A stretch of DNA of 49,301 nucleotides, taken from positions 1 through 49,301 of the forward strand of contig CAJBTU010000003.1 in assembly GCA_903958625.1 (NCBI GenBank). Reading direction: 5' to 3'. The notes under the pieces were generated by a model. It saw only the letters and a list, made by a program, of their open reading frames with translations, searched no databases and was not told where the DNA came from. The position numbers and the translations under genes were made by a program. This document shows, piece after piece, positions 8,690 to 18,115 of this stretch (positions are counted from its first letter, which is position 1; each line of letters starts with the position of its first letter). This DNA comes from an uncultured Ignavibacteriota bacterium (lineage in GTDB: Bacteria > Bacteroidota > Ignavibacteria > UBA10030 > UBA8401).

Positions 8690-8887
8690 AGAATTGAGAG
8701 ATATAGTGTCAAAATGAAACAGAAGATCGAATCCATCGCCTTTCAGCTTGGCTATATGATTCTGGTTTTTTTTCAAAATTTCCTCGACATTCATAAACGA
8801 TTAGGATGTGCATCCGGTGCGGCTCTAGCGGCAAAACTGATACAGAAATCATCCGGAATATTCACATTTAAAGAAATATTTTTTTGA
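8690..8887 (+). pseudogene. dapB: Internally deleted 4-hydroxy-tetrahydrodipicolinate reductase remnant
   Basis: Frame of ATG 8714 to TGA 8887. YSVKMKQKIESIAFQLG resembles the DapB N-terminus (GYGKMGxxIExIA) and HKRLGCASGAALAAKLIQKSSGIFTFKEIF resembles the C-terminus (RxGFAxGAxxAAxxIxxKxGxFTFxE). The middle is missing. Confidence 0.65.
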
Positions 8888-8920
8888 ACAATCACTCAAT
8901 CACCAATAAAAGGAACAAGT

Positions 8921-8962
8921 ATGTCATCAACATTTTCTTTTCGCGGCGTTGCAACGGCACTT
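8921..8962 (+). pseudogene. dapA: 5' stub of 4-hydroxy-tetrahydrodipicolinate synthase
   Basis: AAAGGA RBS, then [14 protein letters not shown], matching the DapA start FxGVxTAL(VTPF). Breaks off before VTPF; the frame stops at 8999-9001. Only 14 codons, so the call leans on context. Confidence 0.6.
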
Positions 8963-9260
8963 GCCGGTTCATGCGTCTATGTGTGCAAGAGTTTTCGTTA
9001 AAGACCAGAGTCACAACTGGACGGTGTTACGCCTGACCATCTCCGCACCGGTGTACGATCTTGTGAATAAAACTATTATCCGGAAGAACCGGAAGGGATC
9101 GATAGTCATTCCGGAGAATGCGGTCGTTGTGGCCGGAAGCAGAAAAGTGGAATCTTCTTTTGCGCAAGAGCATGGATTAAGCGTGTATACGCCGATGATC
9201 GTGAAATACCGTGATGAACGGACCGATGCGAGAACTGCGCTTGAGGAGAGTTTGCGTTGA
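8963..9260 (+). pseudogene. dapD: 3' fragment of tetrahydrodipicolinate N-succinyltransferase
   Basis: [12 protein letters not shown]...[12 protein letters not shown]...[28 protein letters not shown] matches the DapD C-terminus; the N-terminal part is absent and the junction is frameshifted. Confidence 0.8.
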
Positions 9261-9340
9261 TCTGACTTTATCAGTGTAAGAATATTTCGTATGTTTCCTT
9301 GTGTTATGACAGTTTCATCCACAACTTTCTTCGCCAACAT

Positions 9341-9670
9341 ATGACAACAATATTTCTTTTGACCGCTTCCAACATTTTCATGACCTTTGCATGGTACGGG
9401 CATCTCAAATTCAGAGATGTGGACTTGTGGAAAGTGGTACTTGCCAGCTGGGGTATAGCATTCTTTGAGTATTGCCTGATGGTTCCCGCGAACAGATACG
9501 GCTTCGGCAGATTCAGTGCGGTAGAATTAAAAACGATCCAGGAAGTTATCACACTCGTAGTATTTTCTGTTTTCTCCGTTGTGTATCTTAAAGAGGAACT
9601 CCGATGGAATTATATTGTCGGATTCATTCTTATCGTTGCCGCTACGTTCATAATTTTCAAGAAGTGGTAA
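9341..9670 (+). CDS. DMT-superfamily small membrane protein (DUF486)
   Basis: SNIFMTFAWYGHLK, SWGIAFFEYCLMVPANRYG, LKTIQEVITL; likely start ATG 9341. Confidence 0.9.
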   Translation: MTTIFLLTASNIFMTFAWYGHLKFRDVDLWKVVLASWGIAFFEYCLMVPANRYGFGRFSAVELKTIQEVITLVVFSVFSVVYLKEELRWNYIVGFILIVAATFIIFKKW

Positions 9671-9690
9671 AAATATGTTTAAGAGCAGAC

Positions 9691-9820
9691 CACGGATCGT
9701 CACGGAAATACACAGATTCGCACGGACGAATAAAAGCATACCGTGGATCAACACAGAAAATTGATTTGATCGGAAAAGAGCTAACCACAGAGTTACACAG
9801 AAAGAACTGATTTGCACGGA
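9691..9820 (+). repeat. Array of CAC(A/G)GA hexamers with mostly 10-nt period
   Basis: Copies start at 9691, 9701, 9711, 9721, 9752, 9786, 9796 and 9815, all on the + strand. Confidence 0.75.
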
Positions 9821-9902
9821 TAAAAAACAACCAAATATCTTCACAAACTCCCCTTTTTAACAAAAAAACACTTATTTATCCTGTTTCTTAATTTTTCTTC
9901 AT

Positions 9903-10057
9903 AACATTGGAAACTGGATGAAACATTGGTATATTGGAAACCAAGGAAACCGCTTCGGTTTCTTACAATAATAGTAAGACATACACGTCAATTAATGCAG
10001 GAAATCTGCATTTTTTTATGGAACAAAGGAAACCAAAAAAACGTTGTAGGTTTCCAA
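9903..10057 (+). promoter_or_regulatory. Candidate TetR operator cluster (GGAAAC/GTTTCC boxes) upstream of the efflux operon
   Basis: GGAAAC at 9909, 9936, 9945 and 10028; palindromes GAAACCG-ctt-CGGTTTC (9946-9962) and GGAAACC-N14-GGTTTCC (10028-10055). Confidence 0.5.
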
Positions 10058-10079
10058 GAGTAGGCAATAGGAGATAATA

Positions 10080-10718
10080 ATGTCCGATATAGAAATCAAA
10101 AGCAGAATTCTGGAAGCCGCCAAAGAGAACTTTTTCAACAACGGTTTCAGCAAAACCACGATGGAAGAATTTGCACAGAGCATGGGCATGAGCAAAAAGA
10201 CCATCTACAAATTTTTTCCCAGCAAGGATGATCTTATACGGGAGATCACACACGAGAAGCTGCACACCATTCACTCGCAGTGCGAAAGCATCCGCATGGA
10301 CGAATCCATAGAATTCGTCGACCGCATTAAATTGACGATCAATTTTCTGACATCAAGGATGCAGGAAATGAAACCGCTGTTCGCTCTTGACATTCAGCGG
10401 ACAATGCCGGAACTGTGGAAAGAAGTAGAAGATTTCCGCAAAGAAAAGATGAAGCACGATTTTGCCTTGATGATAACACAAGGTGTAGAACTCGGCATCT
10501 TCCGGAAAGATGTCAACGTGCAGGTGTTCGTGCTGATGTATGCATCCGCAATGCGGGGCATCATTAATCCGGAAGTGTTGTCGCAGCTCCCCATCAATTT
10601 AAGCCAGGCATATCAAGCGGCGGTCACCGTGTTCTTTGAAGGAATGATGACCGACGAAGGAAGAAATAAATACAGATCAAAATTAACCGAACCAATGAAA
10701 GAAGAGGTCGCAGCATAA
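10080..10718 (+). CDS. TetR/AcrR family transcriptional regulator
   Basis: HTH ILEAAKENFFNNGFSKTTMEEFAQSMGMSKKTIYKFFPSKDDL; GGAG RBS. Confidence 0.95.
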   Translation: MSDIEIKSRILEAAKENFFNNGFSKTTMEEFAQSMGMSKKTIYKFFPSKDDLIREITHEKLHTIHSQCESIRMDESIEFVDRIKLTINFLTSRMQEMKPLFALDIQRTMPELWKEVEDFRKEKMKHDFALMITQGVELGIFRKDVNVQVFVLMYASAMRGIINPEVLSQLPINLSQAYQAAVTVFFEGMMTDEGRNKYRSKLTEPMKEEVAA

Positions 10719-12067
10719 TGAATAAATTTTTCATCACCCTGATTCTCCTGTCCAGTTCCGTCGTTTTCGGACAGCAGAAACTTTCCCTCACCGTTGAACA
10801 AGCCATCCAAACGGGGCTCGAAAACAGCAAATCGCTGAAGTCGTCGCAATTTAAAGTGGTGGCGGCCGAAGCAAAGACAAGCGAAGCCGGCGCGGCAGGA
10901 TTGCCGTCGTTAAAAGTAAACGCAGCCTATTCAAAATTAAGCAAGGTCGATCCTTTTACCTTGAGTTTTCCTGCCTATGGACTTCTTCAGCCCGACAATA
11001 AGACGGTTCTGTTCAAGACGGTAGCGGCGCAACTCGGCGATAATATTACGAACAACTATGTGGTGCGCGCAACCGTGCAGCAGCCGTTGTTCACGGGTGG
11101 CAAGATCTCTTCCGCTGAAGACATAGCGGAATATTCGTTTGAAGCTACAAAACATGATTTTCAAAAGGACCGGTCCGATCTCATCTATAACATCAAGAAC
11201 GCATATTGGAATCTTTACCGGGCCAATGAATTTAAAAAGGTCGTCGACGAGAATGTCGGGCAGATCAGGGCGCACGCCACCGATGCTGAGAATCTGATGA
11301 AGCAGGGACTGCTGACCAATAACGATCTTCTGAAGGTTCAAGTGCAGCTTTCCGATGCGCTCGTCCGTCAGATCGATGCAAAGAATAATGTTACGCTCTC
11401 AATGATCATGCTGGACAATACACTTGGCCTTCCCCTGTCCACCGAGATTGAGATTCTTTCGCAATTACAAACCGGCGCAGCAGCCCAGTCCGACATCTCT
11501 ACTCTTGTAAAAAAAGCGGTGGAAAACCGTCCGGATATTCTGGGAATGAACGCGCGTTTGAAAATAAGCGAATCGAATCTTTCCATTGCACAGTCTGGAT
11601 GGTATCCGCAGATTTTTCTGGTCGGCAATTATAATTATTTGAATCCCAATCAGCGCATCTTCCCGTCGAAAGGCGAATTCAAGGGAACGTGGGATGTGAG
11701 CGTCTCGCTGAGTTACGATCTCTGGAACTGGAATACATCGGGAAGCCAATCGACACAGGCAGAAGCTCAGTTGTCGCAGACAGAACAGGCATTATCCCAA
11801 ATGAAGGATGGCGTATTGCTGGATGTGACTCAAAGTTATCTGACGGTCAATCAAACCAATGAACGCGCCACCGTAGCCCGCAAAGGAGTGGAACAGGCCG
11901 AAGAGAACTACCGCGTAACCAACGAACGTTACAAAAAAGGATTGAACGTTAATTCGGACCTTCTGGATGCCGAAGTCGCATTATTGCAGGCAAAATTGAA
12001 CTATACCCAGTCGTTGATCGAATACGAATTATCCAATGCGCGCCTGTCGCGCTCCATTGGTGAATAA
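10718..12067 (+). CDS. TolC-family outer membrane efflux channel
   Basis: Signal peptide; two OEP repeats (QQPLFTGGK, NAYWNL, ENYRVTNERYKKG, DLLDAEVALLQA); TAATG overlap with tetR. Confidence 0.93.
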   Translation: MNKFFITLILLSSSVVFGQQKLSLTVEQAIQTGLENSKSLKSSQFKVVAAEAKTSEAGAAGLPSLKVNAAYSKLSKVDPFTLSFPAYGLLQPDNKTVLFKTVAAQLGDNITNNYVVRATVQQPLFTGGKISSAEDIAEYSFEATKHDFQKDRSDLIYNIKNAYWNLYRANEFKKVVDENVGQIRAHATDAENLMKQGLLTNNDLLKVQVQLSDALVRQIDAKNNVTLSMIMLDNTLGLPLSTEIEILSQLQTGAAAQSDISTLVKKAVENRPDILGMNARLKISESNLSIAQSGWYPQIFLVGNYNYLNPNQRIFPSKGEFKGTWDVSVSLSYDLWNWNTSGSQSTQAEAQLSQTEQALSQMKDGVLLDVTQSYLTVNQTNERATVARKGVEQAEENYRVTNERYKKGLNVNSDLLDAEVALLQAKLNYTQSLIEYELSNARLSRSIGE

Positions 12068-12107
12068 ACATAAAAAGTAAAACAAATAATAGATAAGGAT
12101 AATACGA

Positions 12108-13172
12108 ATGAACAAATACAGATTAATCTCCATCAGCGTGGTACTCTTTGGTGTTTCTCTTGGTTTCATCATGAACAGTCAGGCAAAGAACGGATCCGAT
12201 ACTGCCGCCGGATCAGGGGTTTCAACGGCATATTCCGTTTCCGTTGTTACCGCTTCCAAACAAAGCGTTTCCGACAATTTTTCGTTAACCGGCACGATTG
12301 CCGCGAATAACGATGTGATTGTCATGTCTGAAACACAGGGACGCGTAGTAAAAGTGAATGCTCAGGTCGGCGATTATAAAACGGCCGGATCGGTTCTAGT
12401 AGAAGTCGATGACGAATTGAAGGAAGCCAACTATAAAGCGGCAAAACTAAACTACGACAAAGCAAAAAATGATCTCGATCGCTATGAATCTCTTTATAAA
12501 GACAAATCCATTTCGGAATCACAAATAGAACAGGCACGCTGGAGTTTCCAAAGCGCAGAATCGCAATATATCGTTGCCCGCCGGCAATACCGGGACACGA
12601 AGATCACAACGCCCATCTCCGGAATCGTCACCGCACGCCCGGTCGATATCGGTTCGATGCTTCAGGGCTCCCCTCAGCCAAGTGTGGTGGCAAACATTGT
12701 CGACATTTCGAAGCTGAAGGTAAAAATTAGCGTCGCGGAAAAAGATGTGTTCAAACTGAAACTCGGCGATAATGTTGAAGTGACTACCGATGTCTACCCC
12801 AGCGCAACCTTCGAAGGAAAGGTTATCACAATTGCGGCAAAAGGGGATGAATCGCATACCTATCCTGTAGAGGTTCGTATTGAGAACAGTAAAACGTATC
12901 CACTCAAAGCAGGAATGTTCGGACGGGTAAGCTTTTCGCTGTCAAACAAAGGGGAGTATGTCGTCATTCCCCGCGAAGCAATTCTGGGAAGTCTGAAGAA
13001 TGCAAAGATCTATGTCGTTCAAAATAGCATCGCCAAACTGCGTTCGATCACGATCCGGAAAGAGTCCGGCACGAATGTCGAAATACTGAACGGCTTGAAC
13101 GATGGCGAAGTGGTTGTCATCAACGGGCAGAATAATTTAAAGGACAATGCATCCGTAGTTGTCAGAAAATAA
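12108..13172 (+). CDS. RND efflux periplasmic adaptor (membrane fusion protein)
   Basis: Lipoyl halves SETQGRVVKV and ITTPISGIV, LKAGMFGRV, GLNDGEVVVINGQ. Confidence 0.93.
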   Translation: MNKYRLISISVVLFGVSLGFIMNSQAKNGSDTAAGSGVSTAYSVSVVTASKQSVSDNFSLTGTIAANNDVIVMSETQGRVVKVNAQVGDYKTAGSVLVEVDDELKEANYKAAKLNYDKAKNDLDRYESLYKDKSISESQIEQARWSFQSAESQYIVARRQYRDTKITTPISGIVTARPVDIGSMLQGSPQPSVVANIVDISKLKVKISVAEKDVFKLKLGDNVEVTTDVYPSATFEGKVITIAAKGDESHTYPVEVRIENSKTYPLKAGMFGRVSFSLSNKGEYVVIPREAILGSLKNAKIYVVQNSIAKLRSITIRKESGTNVEILNGLNDGEVVVINGQNNLKDNASVVVRK

Positions 13173-13235
13173 ATAATCATGGGTGTCTGGTTTACGTACG
13201 AATGAGCGCCCCCTATATCAAACAAGGAATAAGCA

Positions 13236-16200
13236 ATGACAATTACAGAATTATCAATTAAACGGCCAACGCTTGTTGTGGTTGTTTTCACGGTTATCGG
13301 CGTACTTGGCTTGTTCAGTTATTTTCAACTGAACTACGAATTATTTCCAAAGATGTCTATTCCCATTATTACAATTACGACGATCTACCCCGGCGCTTCT
13401 CCGTATGAAGTAGAAAATAATATCACAAAAAATATTGAAGATGCGGTATCGGGCATCGATAAAATCGACAATGTTCGCGCAACCTCGTTTGAAGGATTGT
13501 CTCTTGTTATCATCGAATTTCAACAGGAAGCAAACATCGATAATGTGGTTCAGGATGCATCCCGAAAAGTAAATGCGATTGGGTCAAAACTTCCCTCGAC
13601 GGCAAAACCGCCGACTGTATCAAAAATTGCCTTCGATGAAATTCCGGTGCTGCGTTTAGGTGTCACAAGTAAAATGAATTCACGGGATTTCTATCAGTTT
13701 CTCAAGGATAGAATTCAGCCGCGGATTTCAAAAATAAGCGGTGTTGCGCAGGTGGCCCTTTCCGGCGGTGACGAGCGGGAAATCAAGGTCAATCTTGACG
13801 CCAGCAAGGTTCGCGCATACGGCCTTTCTGTCTTGCAGATAATACAGGCAGTTCGCAGCGCAAACATGGACTTTCCAACGGGAAAGGTGAAAGATACCGA
13901 TGCACAATTTGTCGTTCGTGTTGCAGGAAAATTCCATTCCATTGAAGATATGAGAAATCTTATCGTCGCCCGTTCACGTCAAGGGGGCGATATCCGCCTG
14001 GGAGATATTGCAGAAGTTCAGGACGGCATTAAAGAGTATTCACAGATAAATCGAATCAACGGCATAACATCTGTTGGCATTACCGTTGTAAAACAATCCG
14101 ATGCCAATGCCGTTACGGTGAGCAAATTGGTCCGTGATGAACTGGTCAATATTCAAAATGAGTACAAAGAACAGAGTATTTATTTTGATATTTCACAGGA
14201 CGGTTCAACATTCACTTCGGATGCGGCACGTGCTGTAAAAGAAGATCTTGCTCTTGCCGTATTAATGGTTGCCATTGTGATGCTTTTGTTTTTACACAGC
14301 TTCCGCAACTCGCTTATCGTTCTTGTTGCAATTCCATCATCACTGATAGCAACATTTGCCTTCATGTATGCAATGGGTTTTTCTTTTAATATCATGTCGC
14401 TGCTTGCGTTGTCGTTGGTGATCGGTATTCTTGTGGATGATTCTATCGTGGTGCTGGAGAATATCTATCATCACATTGAAAAAGGAGAAGAACCGCACCT
14501 CGCGGCGCTGCGGGGAAGAAATGAAATCGGATTTGCAGCTCTATCGATAACGCTGGTTGACGTTGTGGTATTTCTTCCATTATCGCTTGTTGGCGGTCTT
14601 GTAGGTAACATCTTGCGACAGTATGCACTTGTTATTGTCGGGGCCGCACTGATGTCTCTGTTTGTTTCGTTTACCATTACGCCAATGCTGGCGTCACGGT
14701 TTGCAAAACTTGAACGATTAACGAACCGGACGTTGCTGGGTAAATTTGCGCTGGCATTTGAACGGTACTACCATAAATTTTCTGAGGCATATCAAAAAAC
14801 TCTTCACTGGTCTCTGGTCAACAAATCAAAAGTGGCAATAATATCAAGCGTATTATTCTTTATGTCGTTATCCTTACCGGCGCTTGGCCTTATTGGCAAT
14901 GAATTTATGCCGCAGTCTGACCGCGGTGAATTCAGCGTTTCGCTTGAATTGCCTCCCGGTGCTTCAATCGAACAAACCAATCAGACAACATTAAAAGTTG
15001 AACGCATACTATCGGAAATGCCGGAAGTAAAAAAAGTATTTACCGGTGTGGGGGCGCAGGCAAGCGGCATGCTTTCAATCTCGAGCAATAATCTTACACA
15101 ATTGAATGTTGCGCTTACTCCAAAAAACAAACGGAAAAAATCAACAATGGCCGTCGGCGAAGAGATCAAAGCAAAGGTCAGCGAAATACCCGGCGTAAAA
15201 GTGTTCGTAAACCCGATTGGTATTTTTGGTTCTGCAAACGATGCTTCACTGCAAATTGCCGCCTATGGTACGGACAATAAAGATTTGATACAGGCCGCAG
15301 GGCAAATTGCCGATGTCTTGAAAACAGTTGCCGGAACTACCGATATCCGCCTATCTTCTGAAGACGGCAAACCGGAAATGAACATCGATATTGACCGGGC
15401 CAAGATGGCGCAGTTCGGTCTTTCCGTTGCCGATGTTGGTTCAACACTCCGCATTGCTTTAACGGGAGATGATGAATCAAAATTCCGTGACGGCAACAAC
15501 GAATATGATATCCGGATTCAATTTGATGAATCAGACCGTTCGCGAACATCGGAAATCGGCAACATTGCTTTTCTGAACAACCGCGGACAACAAATTGAAT
15601 TGAACCAATTTGCTACGATCACTCAATCTTCCGGTCCCACCCGGCTGGAACGGAGAGACCGCATTGGGGTATTGTATGTGAAAGGCGAAACATTGGGCCG
15701 GCCGGCCGGAACGATCATGGAAGATTTTAAGAAAGCCATTGCCAATACAAAGCTGCCGGCAGGCGTTTCCATTTCATATCTTGGTCAGGAAAAACAGCGT
15801 GCCGAAGGATTTAATAGTCTTTTTATCGCCATGGGTATCGGTATTTTATTTATCTACCTGATTATGGTTGCTCTGTATGATTCGTATGTTTATCCGGTCG
15901 TCGTATTGTTCTCTCTTCCCTTAGCAATGATTGGCGCAATGGCGGCTCTTGCTATTTCAGGAAGTGCGCTGAGTATCTTTAGTCTTCTCGGTATTATCAT
16001 GCTTATGGGACTCGTTGCAAAGAATGCAATTCTTCTTGTTGACAGAACGAATCAAACCCGCCTTGAGAGCGGTTTAACTGTTTACGAAGCATTGCTTGAA
16101 GCTGCACAGTCAAGATTACGTCCAATTTTAATGACCACGGCAACAATGATCTTCGGTATGATGCCAATTGCGCTATCAACGGCGTCGGGATCAGAATTTA

Positions 16201-16427
16201 AGTCCGGTTTAGCGTGGGCGCTTATCGGAGGACTTACAAGCTCTATGTTTTTAACATTGCTGGTAATCCCTGTTGTCTATATGAAAATTGATGAATGGAA
16301 AACAAGAATTCCCGCTTTCTTCAACCGTCCCTCATCAATGTTCGCGCGATTCAAAAAGAACGGATCGAATGGCAACAGTATCGCTGTTAATCCCAATGGT
16401 AAATTAGAGGATTTGAAGGTGCAATAA
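13236..16427 (+). CDS. RND efflux transporter permease (AcrB/AcrD/AcrF family)
   Basis: SIKRP start, GILVDDSIVVLENI, GLVAKNAILLVD, RLRPILMTT; 1063 aa. Confidence 0.96.
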   Translation: MTITELSIKRPTLVVVVFTVIGVLGLFSYFQLNYELFPKMSIPIITITTIYPGASPYEVENNITKNIEDAVSGIDKIDNVRATSFEGLSLVIIEFQQEANIDNVVQDASRKVNAIGSKLPSTAKPPTVSKIAFDEIPVLRLGVTSKMNSRDFYQFLKDRIQPRISKISGVAQVALSGGDEREIKVNLDASKVRAYGLSVLQIIQAVRSANMDFPTGKVKDTDAQFVVRVAGKFHSIEDMRNLIVARSRQGGDIRLGDIAEVQDGIKEYSQINRINGITSVGITVVKQSDANAVTVSKLVRDELVNIQNEYKEQSIYFDISQDGSTFTSDAARAVKEDLALAVLMVAIVMLLFLHSFRNSLIVLVAIPSSLIATFAFMYAMGFSFNIMSLLALSLVIGILVDDSIVVLENIYHHIEKGEEPHLAALRGRNEIGFAALSITLVDVVVFLPLSLVGGLVGNILRQYALVIVGAALMSLFVSFTITPMLASRFAKLERLTNRTLLGKFALAFERYYHKFSEAYQKTLHWSLVNKSKVAIISSVLFFMSLSLPALGLIGNEFMPQSDRGEFSVSLELPPGASIEQTNQTTLKVERILSEMPEVKKVFTGVGAQASGMLSISSNNLTQLNVALTPKNKRKKSTMAVGEEIKAKVSEIPGVKVFVNPIGIFGSANDASLQIAAYGTDNKDLIQAAGQIADVLKTVAGTTDIRLSSEDGKPEMNIDIDRAKMAQFGLSVADVGSTLRIALTGDDESKFRDGNNEYDIRIQFDESDRSRTSEIGNIAFLNNRGQQIELNQFATITQSSGPTRLERRDRIGVLYVKGETLGRPAGTIMEDFKKAIANTKLPAGVSISYLGQEKQRAEGFNSLFIAMGIGILFIYLIMVALYDSYVYPVVVLFSLPLAMIGAMAALAISGSALSIFSLLGIIMLMGLVAKNAILLVDRTNQTRLESGLTVYEALLEAAQSRLRPILMTTATMIFGMMPIALSTASGSEFKSGLAWALIGGLTSSMFLTLLVIPVVYMKIDEWKTRIPAFFNRPSSMFARFKKNGSNGNSIAVNPNGKLEDLKVQ

Positions 16428-16450
16428 TATTTTTTTGATGATCTCTTCTG

Positions 16451-16490
16451 CACAAATCCCTGAATCTCTTTGAATTCGGGGATTTGTGTT
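16451..16490 (+). terminator. Stem-loop, probable terminator after the RND operon
   Basis: CACAAATCCCTGAAT / ATTCGGGGATTTGTG stem; weak T-tail. Confidence 0.65.
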
Positions 16491-16637
16491 CCTTACCGTT
16501 CTGAAATGATTTCTTCCCTGCGGTATTTTTTTGTAATTTAGTATGCATGTGTCGCAAATACCTCTGACTTAACTGCCTTTTTTGATGGTAATTACGTTTC
16601 ATCATGTTTTCATCGAGTTGAACTTTATTTAACAACC

Positions 16638-17939
16638 TTGACAAAAACAATATTTTCGCTCTTCATTGTATTCTTCTCCCCCGGATTGCTTCTCGCTCAA
16701 ATATCTGCCTATGGTTCTACATCGTACGGATATAATTCCAATCCGCTCTATAACTATGAGAAACTGTCCGATCAGCTTTTTCAAACGTATGTTGAAGTCA
16801 CTTCCGATCATTCGCTCGAACGGTCCGATCTAAAGTTTCAGTATGTCGGCGGTTCAATGATCTTTCATCGCTTTACGCTGCGCAATTATTACGAACACAG
16901 CCTTGCCCTTCACTACGATACTAAACTTTTCCGTTCTTCGGCCCCCATTCACGAGGATGAAGAAGAGGGTGAAGATGAATCTGACCCTGAAGAGAGTGAT
17001 GATTCAACGGGAATATCGTTCCATACCGACGTTCAAGTATCGGCAAGACATGATAAGAAAGAATTTAAGGAATTTGACAACGAGGGCCTGATATCAAACA
17101 ATCGTTTGTCTTTCAATATCGGAGAAGGTTTTTCAGCGGACATCAACAGCAAGACAGAGTATCGATATTACCAGAACCTGCATCCATACAATAATCTCTC
17201 CGAAATATTCACGCTCGATCTTAAGAACGGAAACAGCGGACCGTTTCAATATGGATTATCTTTAAGCGGCGGATTGAAATATTTTTCGAAAATTAAATAC
17301 GATACTTCTCTGTTCGAGGAAACCCGTTCGTATGTTGTGCAAATGATACGTGACTCAAACTTTGTTGGGTCCGGAAAACAGGGGCGCTGGGTATATTATA
17401 CATACCCAGATACAAGTGAATCGGAAAAAATAGTGCTGCAAAGACCTGATTCAAAAACAACATACCAGATATCCGCAGGCGGATTTATTCTTCGGAACTG
17501 GGAGAACGGATCATTTAGAATTGAATGCGTTTATCGGATCAATTCCCGGTCAACACTGCTGACTCTGGTTCAAAGCAGTTCCACGCTCACGCTGAATGAG
17601 GATCTGTATAATAGTGTTTTTAATGCGCACGGACCCGAACTTCGTCTTCTCTTAAGCTCTACTTTGCCATCGGCGATACAGTTCTCCGCCAATATTACGG
17701 CAGATAAAAAGACATATGAAACACCGGCATACGATCTTCTCTCCGGCCAGAGGAAAACTACAGACCGGAAAGATATTGGGACAAATATCGAGGTCAATGC
17801 ATCAAGATTCTTTCAGGTAACGGAAACAGTCGGGTTCGATATTTCCGTCAACATAAATTATTTGCGGAATTCTTCAAACGATGCGTATAACGATTATTCA
17901 TTGTTCGGATATTCTCTTTCATTCGGCTGCGCATTCTAA
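16638..17939 (+). CDS. Hypothetical exported protein, probable outer-membrane beta-barrel
   Basis: TTG start and signal peptide; GYNSNP near the N-terminus; Tyr/Ser/Asn-rich alternating strands; C-terminal YSLSFGCAF with terminal Phe; acidic loop EDEEEGEDESDPEESDD. Confidence 0.65.
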   Translation: MTKTIFSLFIVFFSPGLLLAQISAYGSTSYGYNSNPLYNYEKLSDQLFQTYVEVTSDHSLERSDLKFQYVGGSMIFHRFTLRNYYEHSLALHYDTKLFRSSAPIHEDEEEGEDESDPEESDDSTGISFHTDVQVSARHDKKEFKEFDNEGLISNNRLSFNIGEGFSADINSKTEYRYYQNLHPYNNLSEIFTLDLKNGNSGPFQYGLSLSGGLKYFSKIKYDTSLFEETRSYVVQMIRDSNFVGSGKQGRWVYYTYPDTSESEKIVLQRPDSKTTYQISAGGFILRNWENGSFRIECVYRINSRSTLLTLVQSSSTLTLNEDLYNSVFNAHGPELRLLLSSTLPSAIQFSANITADKKTYETPAYDLLSGQRKTTDRKDIGTNIEVNASRFFQVTETVGFDISVNINYLRNSSNDAYNDYSLFGYSLSFGCAF

Positions 17940-18115
17940 AATGCTCCTTTATGACAATCGTTATAACATTTCATCATTCTGTGAAAGAAGAATAGTTTCC
18001 GTCATCAACAAATATAAGGAATGGATACGGGAGCGATAATAAAAGCAGTGAAGTGCGCGTGTTTTGCGTAAATTGTAATAGAATTTCGTAATAATTTTCA
18101 ATAGCAGGACCTTTT

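Noticed and set aside
8949-9260. Track ORF of 103 aa as an intact gene
   Set aside because: TTG start without RBS inside the dapA stub; only the distal part matches DapD, so it is treated as a pseudogene fragment.
9691-9820. Possible CRISPR array
   Set aside because: Repeat units are 6 nt with 4-nt linkers; there are no 25-40-nt repeats with unique spacers and no cas genes.
17940-18115. c-di-GMP riboswitch or sigma54 promoter upstream of wecB
   Set aside because: No GEMM-type motifs are visible, and GTGCGCGTGTTTTGC lacks the invariant GG of the -24 box.
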